This document shows, piece after piece, positions 15,359 to 19,945 of a stretch of 19,945 nucleotides of DNA. The position numbers and the translations under genes are program-made. Every line of letters begins with the position of its first letter. The first letter of the stretch is position 1. The stretch lies in IMG/VR virus record IMGVR_UViG_2671180417_000021. One strand, given 5' to 3'. Under the pieces are notes generated by a model. The model did not search any database, was not told the origin of the DNA, and worked only from the letters and a program-made list of their open reading frames with translations. The stretch comes from a virus (taxonomy: Duplodnaviria; Heunggongvirae; Uroviricota; Caudoviricetes).

Positions 15359-15960
15359 ATGTTTTCGAAATGGAAGGGTTTCTTCGCGGGAAATGTGTAC
15401 CACGAGATCTGAAAGTGAATGAAACAAATGCTGAATATCTGGTGCGTAAATTTGCTGAAGCGGAGGCCAAGATTTTGGCTCTGTCCGAAGACCAACAGAA
15501 AGCGATTGAGTCAATTAAGCAGGCTGATGCAGCTGTTAAGTTGGCACACGAGAAGTTTTCGGCGCTGGCGGCGGAGAATGCGGGGCTGAAACACGCAATG
15601 GCCGTAACTCTTGAGCATGTGTCGGTCACGGATGCAGGGCAGGCTGGTGTTGCTGCAATGATTATCAACGATGCCCTACACCACAGCGAAACTCCAGCCA
15701 CCGATGCTTTCCTGGCTGAAATTCGTGCGGAAGCACGCAACGAGGGGATTAACTATACCGCAAGCCGTCTTGCTGCTGCTTTCAATCACGGATTTATCAA
15801 TAAGTCTTTACGTGAAGTTTTCGACGTTACACGCATGATTCTGTCAGCGAAAGAAGAGTTGGCTAATGAACCACACCCGATTGATGGCCTGTCCGGTGAA
15901 TATGCGGAGAAATCCCTAGAAGAATGGGCGGAACAGATTCGCAAAGGAGGCAACCAGTGA
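15349..15960 (+). CDS. Hypothetical phage protein (203 aa, Ala-rich, predicted helical)
   Basis: ATG at 15349 with GGAG 9 nt upstream, overlapping the previous stop. No family recognised. Confidence 0.5.
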   Translation: MRMNVFEMEGFLRGKCVPRDLKVNETNAEYLVRKFAEAEAKILALSEDQQKAIESIKQADAAVKLAHEKFSALAAENAGLKHAMAVTLEHVSVTDAGQAGVAAMIINDALHHSETPATDAFLAEIRAEARNEGINYTASRLAAAFNHGFINKSLREVFDVTRMILSAKEELANEPHPIDGLSGEYAEKSLEEWAEQIRKGGNQ

Positions 15961-16181
15961 GCGGAAAAAGAATGACTAACAGAGAGCTTGTTGATGCCGC
16001 GATTAAGCTTGCTGGTGATTTTTATTCAATGATGGGGTACGCGCATCGCCCTGGATTCAAATATTGGGAATCACCGCATCCGCAAGAGCAACTGGTATTT
16101 CAAATGGCCTGCCGTGCTTTTGAGGTTATTCGCGGTTCTGATGTGATGGACGCCGTTGCCGACTTGGAGGATGAAGAGTGA
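15957..16181 (+). CDS. Hypothetical small protein (~74 aa)
   Basis: ORF 15924..16181. Preferred start is GTG at 15957 (GGAGG 6 nt upstream) or ATG at 15972. Confidence 0.4.
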   Translation: MSGKRMTNRELVDAAIKLAGDFYSMMGYAHRPGFKYWESPHPQEQLVFQMACRAFEVIRGSDVMDAVADLEDEE

Positions 16182-16726
16182 CCCAAATTAACTATCAGGC
16201 ACTGCGTGAAAAGGCAGAGAAAGCAACTAAAGGAAGCTACATCGTAGGGCATACATCTGTTAACCAGCACGGCAATTTAACAGGAGTTTTTGTTTGCCAA
16301 AAATGGAAAGGAGAACCCGGTGGCGTGATTGCGGAATGTCATGTTAACTGCCTGATTGAATCAGATGCTCAGGCTTATGCAAACGCTGAATTCATAGCAG
16401 AGGCTAACCCGGCTACCGTGCTGGCACTGCTGGATGAACAGGAAAGAAACCTGCAATACATCAAAAGCCGCGATCAGGAGAACGAGGATATTGCGCTAAC
16501 GGTAGGGAAGCTGCGCGTTGAGCTTGAAGCAGAAAAACAGCGGGCAAAAGTTCTATTTATGGAAAATGCTCGGCTTAAGTCAGGCATAGCCGGTCTGATA
16601 CACCTCGGTATTCGATATGCAGATGTTGAGGTCATGAAAATTGCTGGAGATGCCCAGCTTTCTACCCCATGCACTGACAGCATCATAAACAGCATTGCAA
16701 CAGGCATTCGCATCAAAGGAGAGTGA
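16178..16726 (+). CDS. Ead/Ea22-like hypothetical protein with a coiled-coil segment
   Basis: GTG start at 16178 with GGAGG 7 nt upstream. ANPATVLALLDEQERNLQYIK and the following heptad-like region resemble Ea22-like proteins. Tentative. Confidence 0.4.
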   Translation: MTQINYQALREKAEKATKGSYIVGHTSVNQHGNLTGVFVCQKWKGEPGGVIAECHVNCLIESDAQAYANAEFIAEANPATVLALLDEQERNLQYIKSRDQENEDIALTVGKLRVELEAEKQRAKVLFMENARLKSGIAGLIHLGIRYADVEVMKIAGDAQLSTPCTDSIINSIATGIRIKGE

Positions 16727-16727
16727 T

Positions 16728-17243
16728 ATGGCGTTAACACACCACGAACTCTGTCAGATTGCGTACAAGTTCCTTAAGCGCAACGGGTTCAAGGTTTGCT
16801 TTCATGACCGCTTTGTTGCTGTAACCAGTACCGGAGAACAGCCAGATGCTATGGGATTCAGAAATTCAGCATCATGCCTGATAGAGGCGAAGTGTTCTCG
16901 TGCTGACTTGTTGGCAGATAGAAAAAAGCGTTTCCGTAAAAATCCCTCACTTGGCATGGGCGACTGGCGATTCTTTATTAGTGAGCCGGAAATTATTTCA
17001 GTTGAGGATTTACCTCCCGGCTGGGGATTACTTCACGTTGTTAACGGAAGAGTACGGAAAGTACATGGATGGCCCAGGGGTAATTGCTGTTGGGGTAATC
17101 CTGACGATAAGCCATTTACTGGGAATAAGCAGGTTGAATGCGATTACATGTTATCTGCATTAAGGCGCATGGAGTTGAGAGGGCACCTTAATGAAATATA
17201 TGACGGTGTGATTGTTAATAAGAAAGAAGGAAACGCGGCATGA
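16728..17243 (+). CDS. Hypothetical protein with a possible PD-(D/E)xK nuclease-like motif
   Basis: ORF 16695..17243 trimmed to ATG at 16728 (AAGGAG upstream). Motif ...QPDAMGF...CLIEAK... Inference only. Confidence 0.4.
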   Translation: MALTHHELCQIAYKFLKRNGFKVCFHDRFVAVTSTGEQPDAMGFRNSASCLIEAKCSRADLLADRKKRFRKNPSLGMGDWRFFISEPEIISVEDLPPGWGLLHVVNGRVRKVHGWPRGNCCWGNPDDKPFTGNKQVECDYMLSALRRMELRGHLNEIYDGVIVNKKEGNAA

Positions 17244-17806
17244 TCACTATTACCAAAGGGCGACTGCTGACAATCCAGCAGTGGCGCGAAACATACGGAC
17301 CTGGCAGCAACGTTGTACTGCCAGCAGAAGAAGCGGAAGAACTGGCACGAATTGCACTGGTATCGCTGGAAGCAGAGCCTGTAAGCCAAACTTACAACTT
17401 GCCAGAATTAATCGAAGGCATGGAAGTTTCCATTGATGTAAGCACTTGTGATGTTGATTTAGGTAATCGCTATTTCGGTACCGTCACCGAGGCGTTAGAA
17501 CTTGATACAGCCAAAAATGGTTACATCCTCCTAGTTCAGGACGCAGAGCCAAACTTCGATGTAAATGGCAACTCTCCGGGAACTCCGGATAGTTGGATAA
17601 GCTGTAGTGATCGAATGCCTGAAAAGGGCCAGAACGTGCTTATTTCGGTGAATTTCGATAGCTCTCAGGTTGAACCGCTAATATGCTCCGCACGCTATAC
17701 CGGAAGCACCTTTCGGCGCGGAGATGCAACGATTAAGCCGGGTAATGGTATTGAGCAAGCAACTCACTGGATGCCGCTACCGGAACCGCCGCTGGAGGTG
17801 AAGTGA
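17240..17806 (+). CDS. DUF551 domain protein
   Basis: C-terminal WISCSDRMPEKGQNVLI...ATHWMPLPEPP fits the DUF551 pattern. ATG overlaps the upstream stop. Confidence 0.6.
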   Translation: MITITKGRLLTIQQWRETYGPGSNVVLPAEEAEELARIALVSLEAEPVSQTYNLPELIEGMEVSIDVSTCDVDLGNRYFGTVTEALELDTAKNGYILLVQDAEPNFDVNGNSPGTPDSWISCSDRMPEKGQNVLISVNFDSSQVEPLICSARYTGSTFRRGDATIKPGNGIEQATHWMPLPEPPLEVK

Positions 17807-18378
17807 TGAACAACTTAATGATCGACCTTGAGACGATGGGGAAAAATAAGGATGCACCGATCGTTTCCATTGGCGCGGTGTTCTTCACTCCAGAAATCGG
17901 AGACATCGGACAAGAATTCTATACGGTTGTTAGCCTGGAAAGTGCTATGGAGCAAGGAGCTACACCTGACGGCGATACCATCCTGTGGTGGTTGAAACAA
18001 AGCCCTGAAGCACGAGCTGCAATCTGTATTGATGATACTTTGTCGATCAGCGATGCTCTCTCAGAACTAAATCATTTCATTAACCGGCACGCAGACAATA
18101 CGAAATATTTAAAAGTCTGGGGTAACGGAGCCACCTTCGACAACGTAATTTTACGTGGAGCTTATGAGCGAGCAGGACAAATCTGCCCGTGGGCATACTG
18201 GAATGACCACGATGTACGCACGATCGTTACGCTTGGGCGTTCCATCGGATTCGACCCCAAAATGGACATGCCTTTCGATGGCGAACGGCACAACGCCCTG
18301 GCTGATGCCCGTCATCAGGCAAAATATGTTTCCGCTATCTGGCAGAAATTAATTCCTGCCACCAGCACAGAATTATGA
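17806..18378 (+). CDS. DEDDh-type 3'-5' exonuclease (DnaQ-like fold)
   Basis: ORF 17803..18378 trimmed to ATG at 17806 (GGAGG 7 nt upstream). Motifs MIDLETMG (Exo I), WGNGATFDNVIL (Exo II), HNALADARHQAKY (Exo III, H-x4-D). Confidence 0.75.
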   Translation: MNNLMIDLETMGKNKDAPIVSIGAVFFTPEIGDIGQEFYTVVSLESAMEQGATPDGDTILWWLKQSPEARAAICIDDTLSISDALSELNHFINRHADNTKYLKVWGNGATFDNVILRGAYERAGQICPWAYWNDHDVRTIVTLGRSIGFDPKMDMPFDGERHNALADARHQAKYVSAIWQKLIPATSTEL

Positions 18379-18414
18379 TTTTCCCGGGTGCAGCCGGTTT
18401 TGATGGAGAAAATT

Positions 18415-18696
18415 ATGAACACCTTGTTTTTACTGATGGCTGAATTCAATACCCCAAACATTGAACTCTCAGCAGTTAGCCAAAAGTACTTTGGTATGAG
18501 TCCAGCCACGGCAGAAGCAAAAGCAAACGCTTGTAAGTTGCCCGTTCCAACATATCGCATCGGCACATCACAAAAAGCAAAACGTTGCATCAATATTCAG
18601 GATCTTGCGGAATACATAGACAAAAGGCGAGAAGAAGGACGTATCGAGTGGGAACAGGTCAGAACAGTCAAACAGAAGGGCAAAGAAAATCACTAA
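18415..18696 (+). CDS. PrtN-family / excisionase-like small DNA-binding protein
   Basis: ORF 18388..18696 trimmed to ATG at 18415 (GGAG 6 nt upstream). N-terminus MNTLFLLMAEF and ...QKYFGMSP... resemble PrtN-family proteins. Last gene of the plus-strand operon. Confidence 0.6.
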   Translation: MNTLFLLMAEFNTPNIELSAVSQKYFGMSPATAEAKANACKLPVPTYRIGTSQKAKRCINIQDLAEYIDKRREEGRIEWEQVRTVKQKGKENH

Positions 18697-18727
18697 AGAA
18701 AAAACCCGCCTGAAGGCGGGTTTTCAA
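18697..18727. terminator. Bidirectional rho-independent terminator
   Basis: AAAAAA-ACCCGCC-TGAA-GGCGGGT-TTTT. Separates the plus-strand operon from the convergent minus-strand cassette. Confidence 0.75.
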
Positions 18728-18743
18728 AAAGCACCAGCTATGA

Positions 18744-18917
18744 TCATGCTGCTTTGAGACGACGAAGCTTACCCTGCTGCTCTTTACCAGAGACAGTAGC
18801 GTGAGTGAACGCATTAGGAGCAGCCTTCATCAGAACTTCAACAGCAGCACCCATACCTACGAATGCTTTCATTGTGTCGAACTTAACCTGTGGCTTGGTT
18901 GCTTTTTGATCTTCCAT
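18744..18917 (-). CDS. Small hypothetical protein (57 aa); below the ORF-track size cutoff
   Basis: Hand-translated: MEDQKATKPQVKFDTMKAFVGMGAAVEVLMKAAPNAFTHATVSGKEQQGKLRRLKAA. ATG at 18917 with GGAG 8 nt upstream; stop TGA at 18746-18744; followed by the bidirectional terminator. Confidence 0.45.
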   Translation of the reverse strand: MEDQKATKPQVKFDTMKAFVGMGAAVEVLMKAAPNAFTHATVSGKEQQGKLRRLKAA

Positions 18918-18956
18918 AGAAAACTCCAGAAGTTATACCGAAACAATTCCTGTTGT

Positions 18957-19376
18957 TTACTCATCATCAATAGATGATACGCAATATTTATTTTTAAATT
19001 TAAGGTTCTTTGGCGTAACTTCATCAGAGATATCAAAACCGTCCAGAATTCTATTGAATGTAGCTTCTGGCATATCATCATGAACAGAAATCTCACCCGA
19101 TCGCTGCTTTCTAACCATGTTATCCACTCGCCAAATTATAGCTTCAGCGTAAACAACATAACTTGGATGCTTGATAAAGCGATGATCACCAGAATTCAAG
19201 ACGCAAGACGGATCGTGGGGGACACCATCCTTGATACTAGAAATATTAACAACTAAAACACAATAACAATCGTTAACGGGGTAATAAACAGGATCATTAC
19301 AAATCACATGAAGATGATTGCATGGTCCAGTTGGGGCAAGCACAGTTCCTTTCCTGTATGGCTGATAATCCGTCAT
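18957..19376 (-). CDS. Unrecognised 139-aa Cys/His-rich protein, translationally coupled downstream of the Panacea-domain gene; candidate toxin/effector
   Basis: ATG at 19376 overlaps the upstream stop (ATGA) and has no SD of its own. 7 Cys and several His (CNHLHVICNDP, DCYC, HDPSC). AT-rich. No family recognised. Confidence 0.55.
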   Translation of the reverse strand: MTDYQPYRKGTVLAPTGPCNHLHVICNDPVYYPVNDCYCVLVVNISSIKDGVPHDPSCVLNSGDHRFIKHPSYVVYAEAIIWRVDNMVRKQRSGEISVHDDMPEATFNRILDGFDISDEVTPKNLKFKNKYCVSSIDDE

Positions 19377-19945
19377 GATAATTGCAAAGAAAATTCCTTA
19401 AGTTTCTGAGATTCTTCCATTTTGCCAATTATGCGATTAGCCTCATCCTCGCTTTTACCCTCACTGATCAGCATTTCTTTCAGGTCTATAGGCTTACGAG
19501 AATTGCCAGGATCGTGCCACTCTGGACAAACGCTTTCTAAATGCGTCATATTTGCGAGATCAAATCGGTTCATATGCCCATACCGAGAATAGATTTCATC
19601 TAAAATCCGGATATCTGCACGACTCAATTCATCAAAGACCTCGTCTGCATCCATTTCCCTCGGATCTGAACGCAACGATACATTATGCCCGTTCGTCTCT
19701 ATCAAGTTGTACCAGTAGTCACCAATGCCTTCAGCCTTACCGCGAATCAAGTTCAGCGTATTCGACATGACTGGTCCAAATTTCATAGAGTAAAGGCTAT
19801 CTTCGCCGATCATCCTGCCATGCTTCAAAATCGACTGGCGGTTAGACAGATAGAGCAGCTTCATCAATTTCAGATATGCCATGCGCCCACCTCTCTTAAG
19901 AAGTAGGTATGCAGCCATTTGAGCTACTTTTTCTTCGCAAAACAT
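19373..19945 (-). CDS. Panacea (DUF4065, SocA/GepA-like) domain protein; putative antitoxin; start codon is the last 3 nt of the window, so the N-terminus may be incomplete
   Basis: ...VAQMAAYLLLKRGGRMAYLKLMKLLYLSNRQSILKHGRMIGEDSLYSMKFGPVMSNTLNLI... matches the DUF4065 N-terminal signature (K-L-x-K-LLY ... GPV) as I recall it. 190 aa. Confidence 0.6.
   Translation of the reverse strand: MFCEEKVAQMAAYLLLKRGGRMAYLKLMKLLYLSNRQSILKHGRMIGEDSLYSMKFGPVMSNTLNLIRGKAEGIGDYWYNLIETNGHNVSLRSDPREMDADEVFDELSRADIRILDEIYSRYGHMNRFDLANMTHLESVCPEWHDPGNSRKPIDLKEMLISEGKSEDEANRIIGKMEESQKLKEFSLQLS

Noticed and set aside
18697-19945. Integrase or attachment site near the PrtN/xis-like gene
   Set aside because: No tyrosine-recombinase-sized ORF and no recognisable att repeat in the remaining sequence. 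The integrase, if present, lies beyond the window.

Overview
This 19.9-kb window is an internal segment of a lambdoid, Stx-phage-like prophage from an enterobacterium (E. coli/Shigella-type sequence). All calls rest on reading the six-frame track and the raw sequence by eye; no database search was run, so family assignments are pattern recognition from memory. Layout along the plus strand: (1) 1-726, minus strand, the 5' part of a nanS-p-like sialate O-acetylesterase gene; (2) a hairpin-rich 490-bp spacer with no stx genes; (3) an ileZ/argN/argO-type tRNA cluster and a DPPY-type DNA methyltransferase, both minus strand, present as a 1129-bp tandem duplication in which one methyltransferase copy is 5'-truncated and one tRNA-Arg copy is 3'-truncated; (4) a small winged-helix-like ORF and an AT-rich orphan ORF, each with its own terminator; (5) antiterminator Q and a nin-like region (DUF968/HNH-like, KilA-N-like, RusA, LexA-type DNA-binding protein, Dam-like methyltransferase); (6) a replication initiator with internal iterons, two small ORFs, Rha, CII (CP76 type), cro, the divergent operator region and cI; (7) about 700 bp of untranslated, structured sequence; (8) the plus-strand early-left operon (RdgC-like, HD hydrolase, Ea22-like and other small proteins, DUF551, DEDDh exonuclease, PrtN/excisionase-like) ending in a bidirectional terminator; (9) a minus-strand AT-rich cassette at the window end: a Panacea/DUF4065 antitoxin-like gene overlapping an unrecognised 139-aa Cys/His-rich protein, followed by a 57-aa ORF. 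No Shiga toxin, integrase, lysis or virion genes are in the window. The best candidates for something undescribed are the Panacea-linked cassette (18744-19945) and the AT-rich orphan gene with an SD-sequestering hairpin just downstream of Q (4320-4974).
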